DNA of 57,689 nt, filler included, from Sphacelaria rigidula (GCA_964200075.2; 4 parts of 4 records of this genome joined end to end with filler, not necessarily neighbours in it), one strand, 5' to 3'; shown: positions 1 through 12,576, counted from the first letter of the whole stretch. Numbers and translations are program-made. The notes: generated by a model from the sequence alone, not told the origin.

Positions 1-1910
1 ATGAGGTGGTTGGAGCGAGGTGGGGGGGGGGGGAGGTGGGGGGGGGGGGGGGGGGGGCTTTGCTCATTTTTCGAATGAAAACGGTGTCGAATCAAGAGAT
101 TGGTCACACGTCGCTCTGGCGATCAGAATATTACCGAAAGAATAATTTTAGCCTCGACGACAAACTGACGTTTTCGTGATACCGAACCTTCGGCGCAAAC
201 CCTCGTAAATCGGCACGACATTGCACAGTATAAGCTGTACTACAGGAGGACTGTACAGCTGTACAAAAAGGGATGGGGACGCCGGAATAATTATTTCCAT
301 AAATATTCTGGTGTCAAGTGTCCGAAAAAACGGACGTTCCAACTGTCATGACAGCAACTATTACTACTGACTGTACAAAAGTATAGAATATCCCCGTGCT
401 ACACATATCATGATGGCCGTTGTTCGTCTGTGTGCTTGTACAATGGTTGAAGCGGTGAAAACATGAATAGCACTTCTTTACTCTCAACAGCGCTTCACCA
501 ACGATTAGACGAAGCCATCCCATTTCACACGCAAATGCGATGTGACCGTGCTTTCTCAGGAAGTTTAGTTTCCCCGAGTCGAGTGTGTTACTATCAAAAA
601 CGTCGAAGGTCGATCTGTGCCCACATTTTCTCCCGCCCTCACTTTGCCTGGACTGTCAGCAAACGGGAGCATACTGTACGTACCGGGAGGGGCGTCGCGC
701 TCCGAGCGCCGACTGCGTCTGATCTACCCATTTGCATAGTAATACTGCAACTGTACCATGATTGTGTTGTTTCCAAGAAAGCGACGAATCGCGCAGGTTG
801 GGACGATCGGTTCGCTGGCTAGACATGTTTCATGTTACACAATCAGGTATCGAGTCGGGAATTTCGGCTCTCGTAGCTGATGCGGACCCGATTTTTGGGC
901 GCAGGAGCGTGCAGAGGTACAGGCGACACCTGCTCGCCGCCGTGTGCTCTCGGAGCTACATCCGTGTACGCCCGGCATTGAAGATGAACAATGGTAATCT
1001 CGGCCGCGATTTTGCAACAGAGTAACAAATTGCATCATACGGAAGTCTGATCAAGTCATGTAAGTGATGTACACCCGAAGCTCCCTAAAGTGCACAGTAC
1101 AGTAGGGCCCCGCGCTGGGTAGCTGGTCTTGACGTGTGACGATCGAGTAGCAGCAGCCGAGAGCAACCGAGATTGGGTGTACTTTCTCTACTCACGTACA
1201 TTAGTTACACACACACAGCATGTGTGTCCTCAGTCAGGCGTAAAGTAGATTGCGTCACATTGTGGGTCAGACATTTTTAGGGTGGGGTTCAACCTGGGAA
1301 AGCGAACTGTGGTGAACGGGACCCATTTTCATGTCCAATACTTCGTGCGGCAAAGAACCTGATTCGATCCAATACAATCTTGAAGTACAGTACAGTACGC
1401 AGTACGCGCAGCGTATATTCAGATCAACAGCCGATAGTCAAAGCAAGACCTAGGTGCATGCCTACACAAGAGGTGCACTGGGATCGAGCGTGAACAGAGC
1501 ATACAAGCATAATGGGTTGAGGGAGGGGGGTTCGCTCACCCAACCTATTTGCATACACCATGATGTCATCTCGACAGCTCAAAGAGTTTTGTGCTATGAA
1601 GGCCAAACGATCGATCCGTCCAACGTTCACACCAAAGCGAGAGACGCTCGAAAACACCGGGCAATATTCCTACTATTTACTGTCCCGTATGGTCGTCTGT
1701 TTTTTGTACAGAACTAAACGCGCGCCCAGAGAAGAGCAAACGGGTAAGCATCACTGCTCCGCCGGGGCGATTGAACACGGGGAAACAGCACCAAAAAGTA
1801 AACGGCCAGACCAGCCATCCTGCCGTATGTGCGCTTCCGGAAGCGCCAATGTTTTCCCACCTACTTGCGAACCCAATTTCCACACAGTGAAGATAGACAC
1901 ACGCGCACAC

Positions 1911-2008
1911 CTTCAGTCGAGGTTGCTTCGCAGCGGACTCGGGATGCTGATCCCTTGTTGGTCGGTGCTGCTTCTCTCGCTTGTGGGATGCCTCTGCGCC
2001 GGTGTTCT
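1911..2008 (-). CDS. Exon 2 of unknown gene divergent from POLA1 ((E)NTGAEASHKREKQHRPTRDQHPESAAKQPRLK)
   Basis: Pyrimidine-rich acceptor ctcctccctgtag and donor AAG|gtgtgc. Phase 1 in matches exon 1 out, giving ...GNKENT... Confidence 0.5.
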
Positions 2009-2584
2009 CTACAGGGAGGAGCAGTGTGCAACAATACGCACGAACGTCGACGAAGCCGACGAAATTGGCGAGAGGCAAAAACTGATGCAAATTTGGTTCC
2101 GGGTTGTGCTTCTCGTCACCTGTGCACAGCTGAATTTGTACCGTACAGTCGGCCGTACAGTCAGCATAGTTGGCGATACAGAATGGTGAAGTTCGCTCTG
2201 TCGAAGAGGGAGCCCAAAAGATGAAGCTTTTGGGACGGTTATTACTGCTTTGTGTTGAACATGCGTAATAACGGCTGAGGCACGTCAAGGAGCACCTCCG
2301 CAGGTTGTGGCGTAACAGACAGTGGTGTGCTGCATGGTACGGTACTGCGAACTGCGTACTGCGTGCATGTCTGTCTCTCCGAGATTAAAGATATTGACGT
2401 ATTTGTACAGTATCTGACTGTTGATGACTTGTTAGGTCGACAGAGTGGCCGTTGCACAAATAGTGGGAGCATTTAGGTCTATACTCCAGGTACTATAGAG
2501 GGAGACGACAGCGCTCGAAACGTACACCACAACCACCCCTTTTCCTTACACGCTCTAAGCGCGTACACACATACGTGCACACAC

Positions 2585-2786
2585 CTTTATTGCCCGTTCC
2601 AGCTGCTACAGCTGCTGCAGTAGCAAGCTTAGGCTTTTGAAGCACGGACTGAAACGGATTTCCCGCCCCAGCCCCAGCGGCACCTGCCTTGTTGTATGTT
2701 GTTGACGCGTTGTTATGACTACGGGATGATGCTGCTCCTGCTGCAGCTGGAGGCTGTCCAGCCCTTGCCATGCTCCTGCGCTGCAT
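2585..2786 (-). CDS. Exon 1 of unknown gene divergent from POLA1 (MQRRSMARAGQPPAAAG...GTGNK)
   Basis: ATG at 2786, Ala/Gly-rich open frame, donor AAAG|gtgtgt at 2584. No family recognised. Confidence 0.5.
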
Positions 2787-3182
2787 CGTCTCCAGTGATG
2801 CGCGATTGACAAGGGTAGATGTGTGCGTCGTTGACGGGGGACAAGGAGGGGTTGCCACGGTAGAATGTGGGCAGAGAGCGGGCCCGTTGAGATATAGCAA
2901 ATTGTAGTATGACACATGATATAGAGGATCGTGAGATAATAGCAAACGGGACCGAGAACACCATCCAATTTAATGTGGAGTTCAAAAATTATTTGACATG
3001 GCGCCACCAGCACAGCATGGTCAATCGGCTCGAGTGCAGATAAGACACGTACGGAGGCCCGTACCCCGCGAAACGCGGACATTATATCGTTTCTCATTGA
3101 GATTAGTAGAGCCTCTGAGTGTTGCTTTAAGGCGGCTGCTGGTTCTCCCGGCTTTCTTGAGCTTGATTTGAGAGCGTCAATC
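2787..3182. promoter_or_regulatory. Putative bidirectional promoter with E2F-type site (TTTCGCGG on minus strand, 3066-3073)
   Basis: 396 bp between two divergent ATGs. CCGCGAAA at 3066-3073 matches the E2F consensus TTTSSCGS. TGGCGCCA palindrome near 2999-3006. Confidence 0.45.
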
Positions 3183-3320
3183 ATGCCCGGAATCTCCACC
3201 GAAGAGAGGCGTTTGAGTGCCCGGCAAAGGCAACGTTCTCGCCCCACGAAGCACTCATCGGCCTTGGAAAGCTTGCGTGCCGCAAGGGAAGGGCGCGAGA
3301 GTAGGGCGGAGCAGTTCGAG
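3183..3320 (+). CDS. POLA1: DNA polymerase alpha catalytic subunit, exon 1 (MPGISTEERRLSARQRQRSRPTKHSSALESLRAAREGRESRAEQFE)
   Basis: ATG 3183, donor GAG|gtatgc, phase 0. Resembles the basic 'ALERLKKAK' N-terminus of Pol alpha and joins exon 2 in frame. Confidence 0.8.
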
Positions 3321-4639
3321 GTATGCGTGTGTCGCGGGCATTGAAGTGTTTGGGGGTGCTATTTATCGGTCCTGGGTTGTGGTCGGGCATTGGGTATGTT
3401 CCCGGGAGTTGGGTTTTTTTAAATCATTCAGCGATTTGTGAAGAAATTGGCGCATTTTTTCAAATTTTGAGCAAGTTGCTTCCCGCGCAGATTTTGTCAA
3501 CGTGGGCTGTCTGGGTATTGTGGTACTGACTCTTGTGCTGCCAGAAGGTTGGGGCTGTGATGTACGTTGGCTTCTACGCGGTATGTAGTCGGGGTACACA
3601 GTCAAATCAGGACATCTGGCCATATTTCGCGCCGTAGTGCACACAATCAGCAATCTAGTAGGATACGTTGGGATGGATTGAACTCGTGTGCTGATGCATC
3701 AATCACTCCAAGAAACGATGGGAAAAATGTGAGCGAGAAAAATTGGAGTGTGTGTTGGATGGGGGGAGGGGAGGGGCGAGCTGGCCAACCAGTACAAGTA
3801 CAGGTTGCAGTTTCCAGTGCTATGTAAACGATACTCTGCACACACCACTTGCGAGTGAAGGAAACACGGGACTCGGGGTCGGCGTTCTCGTCGGTAGACC
3901 GCACGATAGCACAACAGCAGCATCGCGCAGATTAGACAGATTCTTTTTGTAACGATAATCGTCGTCTTCTGTCGCAAACCGCAGTGGACGACATGATGCC
4001 CTACTCGACAGGGGTGCAATCGAGGGTTTACAAACAATGCGTACCCTTGAACTATAATGAAGGACATTCTTGTTTGGGTGAACCAAAGTTGTAGCATAAC
4101 ATACGGCGAACGACCTGGAAACATGAACATAAATAACCCTCTGCATGCCCGCAAGGTGGGCAGTTGAGTATCTATTTTCCAAGTCAACCATGAGGCCGGT
4201 TCAAAAGAAGCATACAGTACAACAGTACAGTACAGTTGCGCGTTCAAGAGATGACTTCAAGTTTGATGAACGGTGGAACGAAACCGCATACAACGTTATT
4301 TCACAACATTTTACCCCTCCATCAAACAGGTACCCTATTATAGTACTTACCGTCTGTTGTACGTGCATTTTGTACTGTCGATACTCTACTGTATATTTGC
4401 ACGTTAATGTATCACCATACACCGTCACCTCTGCTGAATATACGAAGATTTCAAAGTTGTGTTCTGTAGGGTGTACTGTACCGGCTGAAATTCGGGTATT
4501 TACAGAGGTACAAGAGAGGCATTTTATCAGTAAATAGTAAATAGCCTTCGGAATCATGCGGGACTGGTCGGAACAGGGCTCGATACCCTGCCGAACTATA
4601 CTGAAATGCTCGATACACATTCCGCTATGGTCTAGTATC

Positions 4640-4876
4640 TGTGTGTGTTGTCATCCCGTCCATTCTGGACGCCGGTCTACATTCTTCGGTATATGTGTAC
4701 ACACCAGCCGGGGTCACACAGGAGGAAGGCCAACACGGGAGTTTTTTCTTCCTCTTTGTTTTTAGTTCTCCACCTTCCTTCTGCGGTGCTTGCCTTTATT
4801 GTTTATCGCGAGAGGGGTTCAGCAGTCCCTTTCCCTCGTCGACCATTAAACCCGAATTTTGAGTACCCACGACATA
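4640..4876 (+). repeat. Interspersed repeat family A, copy 1 (POLA1 intron 1)
   Basis: Reverse complement of 12608-12800 shares gtcatccc, tcgcgagaggggttcagc, gtcgacc and tacccac segments. Confidence 0.7.
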
Positions 4877-5046
4877 CCAACTGAGCCACCGGGGTGACCG
4901 GCTTGGTATGCCAACCAAATTGTTATGCCAACCAAATTATCCCCCACTTTCGGGTATACCCTCCAAAACACAAGCTTGCCTTCATCTTCAGTCACATCCT
5001 TTCCCGTCCTCAACAACACGCGGAAAAAAACGGACGAAAAATTTAG

Positions 5047-5312
5047 GACGATGAAGACGATGACGACGGCGTCTACGACGAGGTCACCGAGGAAGAGTAT
5101 CAAGAGCTCGTGCGCAAGCGACAGCAGGCCGACGATTTCGTCGTGGATGATGAAGGACTGGGCTACGCAGACGACGGTGAGGAATTCATCGAGAGGGTCG
5201 AACAGGACGCCGGAGGTGAAACCGGAGGAAGGACCGCAGCCGCTGGGAGGAAAGGAGTCAATGGCAAAATTAATGCCGATTCACTGAGGCGCAAGGCGCG
5301 CAAGCTCAACCA
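5047..5312 (+). CDS. POLA1: Pol alpha exon 2 (DNA_pol_alpha_N region: [38 protein letters not shown])
   Basis: Diagnostic Pol1 N-terminal motif. tttag acceptor, CA|gtgagt donor (phase 2). Confidence 0.92.
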
Positions 5313-5586
5313 GTGAGTAAAAGAAAAAGGTTTTCTCGTCCGTTTTCCGTATTGATGATTTCTACCTTCGATGGCAGGGGGGCGGACCATGCCGGCCTTC
5401 GAGATTTTCTCCTAAAGTGTCGTTTCGAATCAAAGTCGTATACTCATGGTTGATTTTTTTCTTTTATCGGATATTTCAAGTGCCTTCGACGGTTTCTTGT
5501 GCCAAATGCTTGAAGTTCGCGAGGTATTTTCCATTTTTGCAAACTGGTTCACCCGCCGCCGCGCCCCCTTTCGCCCCAACCTCTAG

Positions 5587-5705
5587 GCTGGGAGATGAGA
5601 CACCCCAGTCCGGAGGTATCAAGAAATTCCTGCAGACAGGTAGTGCCAGCACGGTGGGTCCTGCCTCTTTGGGTCGTGGCTCTTCTGGCGCTGGCGGCCG
5701 CGGCG
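5587..5705 (+). CDS. POLA1: Pol alpha exon 3 (LGDETPQSGGIKKFLQTG...)
   Basis: ctag acceptor, G|gtaagt donor. Phases 2 in and 1 out are consistent with neighbours. Confidence 0.8.
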
Positions 5706-5881
5706 GTAAGTCACACGCTCGACAGTACAGTCCACCTGCAACACAGTTTTACCGCGCGTGTTGACGATACTGTCGCACATCAATGAAGATGGCCAATTTT
5801 CATATCACCCTTCTTTGCTCGCGTTGTGCCTTGTGTTTTTTACCCGTATATTGGCATGCATGCGCGCCGGAAAACACGCAG

Positions 5882-6807
5882 GCGGTGGAAGCAGCGGCGG
5901 CGGAAGCCTCAACCTAGACGACATGCTTAGCGACCTCACCTCCAACCCACTCGCGAGTCTTGCGCCGGGCAGCGGGGGCGGCGGCGGCGCATCCGCCGCC
6001 AAGCGCAAGCGAGGCCTGGTCACACCTCAGAGTGGTCGTTCCTCTGTCTCTTCCCGCCGCTCGTCACTTGCTTCCGGCGTTTCCGGGCGTGCTGTTGCCG
6101 GCGCCGGCCGGCGGCCGCCCATTCCGTCCACAAGCTGGACAGTGCGCGACTATGAGGAGACCGACGCGGCCGGCGGGAGCGACGGAGGAGGAGCCGCAGA
6201 TGGCATGGACATGGATGATGATTTTGCGGGAGTGGCGGACGAAGGGCCCTTCGATGACGGTGATACTGGCGCCTCTGGCACTGCTACTGCTGTCGAGGCG
6301 CAGCAAGATGATAGTAAAGACGACGTGAAGACCGCGGCGGCCGCGGGGGAACAGGAGAGCGAGGCAATCGCTGCCGACAAGGACAACAGCGACGACAGTA
6401 ACAAGGATGATAGCATTTCGGGCGTTTCTGCTGCAACAACGCATGCTACAGCTGGTGCTGTCTCGGGCGGGGATGAGGCCGGTGAGGTTGGCGCCGAAGG
6501 CGCCGCTGGTGCGACGACTGGCGCCCCAGCAGCGAAGCCCCGGTCGAGGTTCGCTCGGATGAAGGAAAACAATGATATCGCTGTCACCCCCGCCGCTGAA
6601 GCGGCTCTGAGGCCTAAACCTCCGGCGGTCGTAGATGGCGCGGGGGTAAATGGGGAGGGCAAGGGAGCCGAAGGGGGGTCGGGTGGAGCCGGAGGCAAGA
6701 GCAGCTACATGCCGAGCTTGGAGTTCCAGGGACCGCAGTATACGCTCGGCGATTCTGTGTCGGTGCCGACGGGTGCTGTGCCCAGCACCTCGTCTTGGCT
6801 GCACAAG
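5882..6807 (+). CDS. POLA1: Pol alpha exon 4, long Gly/Ala/Asp-rich linker containing LNLDDMLSDL
   Basis: gcag acceptor, AAG|gtatct donor, 926-nt GC-rich open frame, phases consistent. Confidence 0.85.
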
Positions 6808-7165
6808 GTATCTATATACGAAGTATATGCATGGGGAGGCCGGGATGTCCTCTGCTTCTGATTTTGGTCCGTGTTTCGAATTCTGGTTGCCTTTTTTGGT
6901 TTGATCTGTCGTTTGTCATGGATGAAGTCATGCAAACTAAGTTCGCTCCCGGTGGTGGTCGTGATTGTTGCGAGAATCATCCCCGCCTGTCGCCATCACT
7001 TTTGTAATCGGTTGCATGTTGCTACATATTGTTCCCCGAGATTATCATGACGGAGGCCAAAAGTCAACCTACCACGCCTTTTTTTCAATCATTTGTCCCC
7101 TCTTCTTCAATGCCTCATCATCCATTCCATTTCGCCGAACGTTGGTCGCCCCTTCCGACCGACAG

Positions 7166-7347
7166 GACGATAGCGGAGAGTTTATGCGTATGTTCTGGCT
7201 GGACGCCACCGAGCAGAACGGCACCATTTACCTCATCGGAAAGGTGGCTGTGCCCGCCAAGCCAGGGGCGGGAGAGTCGGACCAGACATTTGTGTCGGCT
7301 TGCGTTGCTGTACATGGAATCGAGCGGGAAGTGCTGGTCCTCCCCAG
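7166..7347 (+). CDS. POLA1: Pol alpha exon 5 (MRMFWLDATEQNGTIYLIGKV...SACVAVHGIEREVLVLPR)
   Basis: Conserved Pol alpha 'FYWLD..E..G.VYLFGKV....SCCV.V.NIER.LYFLPR' block. AG/GT boundaries. Confidence 0.93.
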
Positions 7348-7406
7348 GTACGAATGTTTTGGAGTTGGGGGGAAACGATGCAATATTGAACGTTGCAAGG
7401 TTGACC

Positions 7407-8212
7407 TCTGTAGGGTACAATTTTCTGTACACCCGGGGTATTTACCCGAGTATTTCTCGTATCCGGCAGTTCAGTGAGTTATGTAAGCCTCTTTCACACC
7501 GGTACCCGACAATTCTGCGAGATCTGTACGTGATGTTCACCCTTACCTGGGGTAAAAAGACCCGGTTGCGGGTAAGGTTTTCTGTACAATCTCCACACCG
7601 TATCCGACAGGTTCTATGAGTTCTGTCCAAACGTCATGTCGGTACCCGACAGTTCTGTAAGTCTTTTTTGTAAGAAATCTTATACCCTAGCGAACATAAC
7701 CGTGCTCTACAAATCACTACATCAGAATTTTCATCCTTTTTAACCGTCCTCGGGGGAATCCTCGGGGGGTAGAAGAGATCAAAACCAAGCTCACACCCAA
7801 ACTCTTCGTGAAAACCCTGATGTATTGAAACATGGTTTCGGAATATTTCAACGTTATGGTGTTCCAAAGGGTACCACTTTTTGTATACTCGGTGTATATA
7901 CCCAGATATTACCCGTACCCGACAGGTTGTGTGAGTCCAGTAAGCCTCCCATGCACGTACCTGATGGTGCTGTTGAGCCTCTTCTACTGGTACCCGGCAG
8001 TTCTGTAAAACCGTACGGAATAGTTTTCGCACTCGGGATACGGCTACGTAAACCCTTGTGGAACTACCCGGTTGTCGGTCAGGGTCTCTGTAAACCTCCA
8101 TACGGTTCCCTACAGGTTCTGGGCGCCCATACCGGCACCCCACCATTCTGTAAGTTCTGTAAGTTCTGTAAGAGATGCTATTCCCTACCGAACATACCCG
8201 TACTCTACAGAA
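7407..8212. mobile_element. Two tandem MITE-like units rich in GTACCCG/TTCTGTAAG subterminal repeats
   Basis: Repeated gtacccgacagttctg motifs. Similar right ends near 7685-7712 and 8183-8212. Left ctctgtagggtac is inverted relative to gtactctacag. Confidence 0.55.
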
Positions 8213-8525
8213 CACAACGTTGGAACATTGTGTGCACACTAGAGGCGTTTTTTTTCTGCTTTTTTATGGGCTGTATGATCATCATGGTGCTGGACCAGTG
8301 CTGATGGGGGTATGTCTGGCTGCAATTTTGCACGGTGGACAAATGGATTACGTTGTCAAAAAGTGTCTTGCGTGCAGTGTCTACTGTTGCGTCCATTGCA
8401 ATAGACAGTAGAGTCCATACTGTACGCGGTACGATTATTGACAATGTAATATATTGTCATTATCCAGGGTGTGCAATTCTCCGTTGTGTCTGGCTGTGGT
8501 GTGATGTTGTGTGTATGTGTTGTTA

Positions 8526-9006
8526 GGTCGGGTGTTATGGCACACAGATTTTTGGCCCACGGATTGATCACTTGTGGGATATTTGACCCACTTTTCGATC
8601 CCGAAACAGGGGAAATCGCCACACATGTCTTGGACACTTTACATCACCCCAGAGAGAGGAGCCTAGCCCTCTTCTCAGAGTCGCTTGGCTCCAAGGTTTC
8701 GAGAGTGGCCACTGAACAATAATCCGTGTGCAATAAAATTTACGGCGATCTCCACAGATTATCGGGCAAACTGCCGTATGTTGGCAAGCACAGATTATTG
8801 CCCACGGATTATTGTTCAGCAGCCAATCTCACAACCTCGGACCCAAGCGAATCTTAAACGTAGACTAGGCTCCTCTGTGTAAGGTGATGCATAGTGTCCG
8901 AGACGTGTGTTGGTGATTTTCCCCGTTTGGGGGTCAAAATATAAGTCAAACATCCCAAAAGTGAACAATCCGTGGGCCAGAAATCTGTTTGCCGTAACAT
9001 CCGGCC
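8526..9006. mobile_element. PIF/Harbinger (Tourist-like) MITE with ~140-bp inverted arms and TTA TSD
   Basis: Left ggtcgggtgttatggca versus reverse complement of right ggccggatgttacggca. TTA at 8523-8525 and 9007-9009. Confidence 0.8.
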
Positions 9007-9284
9007 TTACCAAAGTTTTTGGTTCCTGATGAAATTCATCATGCTTTGTGGTTCAAGACAAGAGAGCAACACCATGTACTGTTATCGATCTTTTGATTCG
9101 TCTTTCCCTCGCGATGCCTGCCTGCACCAACGGTAATACAGCGACGATGCCTTACTCTATGTAAAGGCCAATACATGCCTCTCGATCGACTGTCGAATCA
9201 AAACATGCATGGGCTAACTCCGTGCGACAAATTGAAAACGCTGGTTTTGCCGAACCGATTGATTTTGACGGCAACACCTGACAG

Positions 9285-9434
9285 GATTGTGGAAGATGAC
9301 AGAGACGATGACGGAGAGGACGACGGGGCAGTAGCAGGGCCGAAGCGTGCCGACATCGCGTCTGTATACGACGAGATGGGATCCGTCTTGGTACCCCGGG
9401 TTATCCCACGGACCGCGTTGGGGGAACAATTCAG
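9285..9434 (+). CDS. POLA1: Pol alpha exon 6 (IVEDDRDDD...ADIASVYDEMGSVLVPRVIP...QFR)
   Basis: gacag acceptor, AG|gtaaac donor, phase 2/2. VY.E motif. Confidence 0.85.
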
Positions 9435-10368
9435 GTAAACATGTTGCCATCCAACTCGCCGCCTATATTAGGAGCTAGTAAGCACCGTTTGGGTGTCCTG
9501 TGTTCGCTGGACGGTGAAAACAAGGAGGTTCCGAGCCTTCATCGAACGCTGTTTTGTGTGAGGCCTGCTATGGTTGTACCGACGTTTACTCGCAGAAGAT
9601 TTTATGTGTACATACAACGAAGGATCGTGGATAGTTAAGCTGTCTTCTTTTTGTTGTGATTTTCGTAACAAGGTTCGAAACTGTTCTTTTTGTTCCATGA
9701 AAAAGTAGCTGAAATTCGTCTGTCATCCAGTTTTCCTTCTCAAATATTAGATGACACGTGAAAAATGGTGAATTGTGGGGGAGGAAAATATGAAATAATT
9801 TGCAGTGGTGGTTGTTTTTTACAGTCAGCCGCAGTCGCTTGTGTAATTACACGATACCTTCCCCCCCAGCAAATGTGATCTCCACTCCTCCGTCTCTCCC
9901 CGCAAAAAACAACACCTGAGCACACTTCGCTGATACTTGACACGTGTTCTCGATGTCATGTTTTGGTTACTTGTCTCTACAACCATGCCATTGATCCATA
10001 CCTCACTGCGCATGTGATATGGAAAAGTATACACGGCATGTTCAGTAGTTGACGATATCTTCCCCAACATACTCTTCATCCCTCAAGGGAGAATTAGGCC
10101 ATCTATTGTTCATCCTGTATCTGGCATATCGTGAGCGACTGCGCATCAGCAAACGGCAGCATCACAGCCCCGCTGAAACATGACAACAGCCCTGTGTGAT
10201 TTTGGAAGATGACCCTCTTGAGCAATTCCTTTTCATCTTCATCCAGTGGGAGTTGCCTTTTATACTCCTGTTCCATCTTCAAACATTCTGTCCACGCTTG
10301 AGAGTGTACTTACTCCCTGTAATATTGAAGGCCCCCCTCCTGCCCCCGCGCGTTCGCCCCAAACACAG

Positions 10369-10477
10369 GTGCAAGGCGGTAACGCGCAAATACGCGTTCG
10401 GTGACGTGTCTGTACCCAGGGAGGACACGCAGTACCTGAAAATCAAGTATCCCGCACAACATGCTGCCCTTCCCGAG
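10369..10477 (+). CDS. POLA1: Pol alpha exon 7 (CKAVTRKYAFGDVSVPREDTQYLKIKYPAQHAALPE)
   Basis: Matches the conserved 'K.V.R.YAFE...VP....YL.V.Y' block. AG/GT boundaries. Confidence 0.92.
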
Positions 10478-11351
10478 GTGCCAGACAATGATTTTTTTTT
10501 TGTCATAAACAAGCGTCATATATATATATATATATTTGCTTATTTGCTTATTTTATTTTTTCGGTCCGTGTTTTTGTATGTTTTTTTTCTTGTTGGTAAA
10601 ATTACAATCCATTTTTACATACGAGTGTTTTTTCTTTTGTGTGCTCTTTTCATTATTTGATTTTGCCGTGTTGTATATTTTCGAGGTGTACTCATTTTTA
10701 TTTAGGAGTGGGTTGTTTGGCATGAAAGTACAAGACTGAGGTACGATCTACGTGACGTACGTCGTAGCTGTCCTTGCCTGAAATAATGAATACCCAACGG
10801 GGCTGGCGCATTGTTCTTCCAAGCGATGTGAAGAGTCGGTGTTCTCGGGCGGTATCTCCACTTTTGTCTTGCGCATGCAATGGAAACAAGCAGGTCATCC
10901 ATCCGCTTGCATAACATGCTACGATACTACGAGCATTGCCAGTGTGAACTGAACAGGAAAACCATTATAACTCTCTGCACGGCACAAAACGATTGTTTTC
11001 ATCCATATCCCCTCAGCACCACCCCCTCGGATGCATTCGTGTCACTAGATTTTGCGTGCAGTAAAGTATAACGCACGGTCCACGACGAGAACCAATGGAG
11101 CAGAGCAGTAGTGTCGGGACTCGAACTCACCACTACCACTACTCCGCCCATACCGGCCGACGATGTGCCAGTGCAATCAACCAATGAACTCTTTGGGCTG
11201 GGTTTGCTCTTATTCCCGTTCTACAGGGGAGCACGCAAATCACGTGAGTATTGCCCTGTATCCTTCTGTACATACATGGTCATCATTATTGATTGTGCCA
11301 CCCCGGAATTATTTTGTTTATCTTGCACTTTTCCATTTTTGTCCGTGGCAG

Positions 11352-11477
11352 GACGTGTGCGAAGCCGGAGGCAAGACATTCCAGGCGATCTTCGGAGCCC
11401 GCACGCCCCTCATCGAATCGTTCCTGCTGAAGCGCAAGCTCATGGGTCCGTCGTGGGTCGTCGTTCGCAACCCCAAG
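11352..11477 (+). CDS. POLA1: Pol alpha exon 8 (DVCEAGGKTFQAIFGARTPLIESFLLKRKLMGPSWVVVRNPK)
   Basis: Conserved 'G.TFS.VFG.NT..LE.FLL.RKI.GP.WL' block. Confidence 0.93.
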
Positions 11478-11830
11478 GTATATACGTACATGAAAGAAAA
11501 AAAGCTTGGCATGAACACCGACGGAAAAACAGACCGGAGATGAAAGACTTGCGAGTAAATGGAATTGATGCCGTCATAACATTCCTCCCAAACCAATCCC
11601 CAGAACTACCACGAAGAAAATGGTCATAATGCAGCGCATGATGGCTGGTGTCAGACTGCATGAAGCGCCCCGTACGAGCGACTTCGGCGAGGACAACCCC
11701 GACCATGGGAGTTCCCATCTGCTCGGTGTTCTCCTCTTGTGTCATTTTGGTTTACATGCAGATTTTTCCTCCTGGAACCAGCCACTTTCTTGGAGAGGGG
11801 AGGGGGGAGGGGGGGGCTACCGCGGAATCA

Positions 11831-11833
<3 letters not shown>

Positions 11834-11868
<35 letters not shown>
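11834..11868 (+). repeat. (GT)n microsatellite
   Basis: Direct observation. Confidence 0.95.
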
Positions 11869-11870
<2 letters not shown>

Positions 11871-12076
11871 GTCCATTTTACGTATCTTCTTGCTTCTTGC
11901 CTCTCTCTCCTGTTGGCAGTAAGCCCGAGGTATGCACGTGAAGAAACTACTGTAGAACAAAACAGGAATACTCAGGGAGGAGTACGCGTATGAGCAACGC
12001 GCAGATAAGTGGTCATCATTCCGTGTTATTTTTTGTTCTCGTTTTTTACAACTAAGGGTTTTGGAGTCATCCCGCA

Positions 12077-12316
12077 CGGTAGGGGTTTCGTCCATTTTGG
12101 GCCAAGATGTTTGGGGGTTCCTGAAGTCGGGAGCTGCACAAGAATATATGTCAGGACCGTCCCGTTTTGATATTAGTTTGAGATATCCCCACGTAGTAGC
12201 CCATTGTAATGTTGAAGCGTGGCGTGTTCTCACACATTTCATGAGTCGTTTTATTGGATGACATGAAAGGGTTCCCCAACAATCGAAGTCGCAGAAAATT
12301 TTGTACAACCCAACCG
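12077..12316 (-). mobile_element. ~235-bp Tc1/mariner-type (Stowaway-like) MITE family B, diverged copy
   Basis: TIR CGGTAGGGGT..ACCCAACCG followed by TA. Homologous to 12843-13076 (inverted) and 53390-53623. Confidence 0.65.
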
Positions 12317-12492
12317 TAGCATGACAGCTTGACCCTTTGTGTTGTTCGTGCATGCCAAGAATATACTCCACATTTGCTACAGTATCTTCGTTGGTTTATG
12401 CTGTGATTGACGTCGTACCGTGCTCTCTTGAATTATTTTCCTGCAATGTTACACAAATCATACTCACACAAACACACACACATGAGCCGGTC

Positions 12493-12576
12493 GCCCCGGT
12501 GGCTCAGTTGGTAACCTCAAATCCTCCTGACGGTTGGGTCGTGGATTTGAGTCTCGGAGCGATCTGAGATTTTTTT
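12493..12576 (+). mobile_element. tRNA-derived SINE head or tRNA pseudogene
   Basis: GCCCCGG-TGGCTCAGTTGGTA (A box), degenerate B box GGATTTGAGTC, T7 run. Cloverleaf incomplete. Confidence 0.55.

Noticed and set aside
847..996. Plus-strand frame with in-frame TGA next to Cys (SRS*CGPDFW) as a possible selenoprotein exon
   Set aside because: No selenoprotein family similarity and no SECIS identified. It lies in the probable intronic region of the minus-strand gene.
6064..6804. Long antisense ORFs over POLA1 exon 4 and over 49799-50746
   Set aside because: Shadow frames of GC-rich coding exons.
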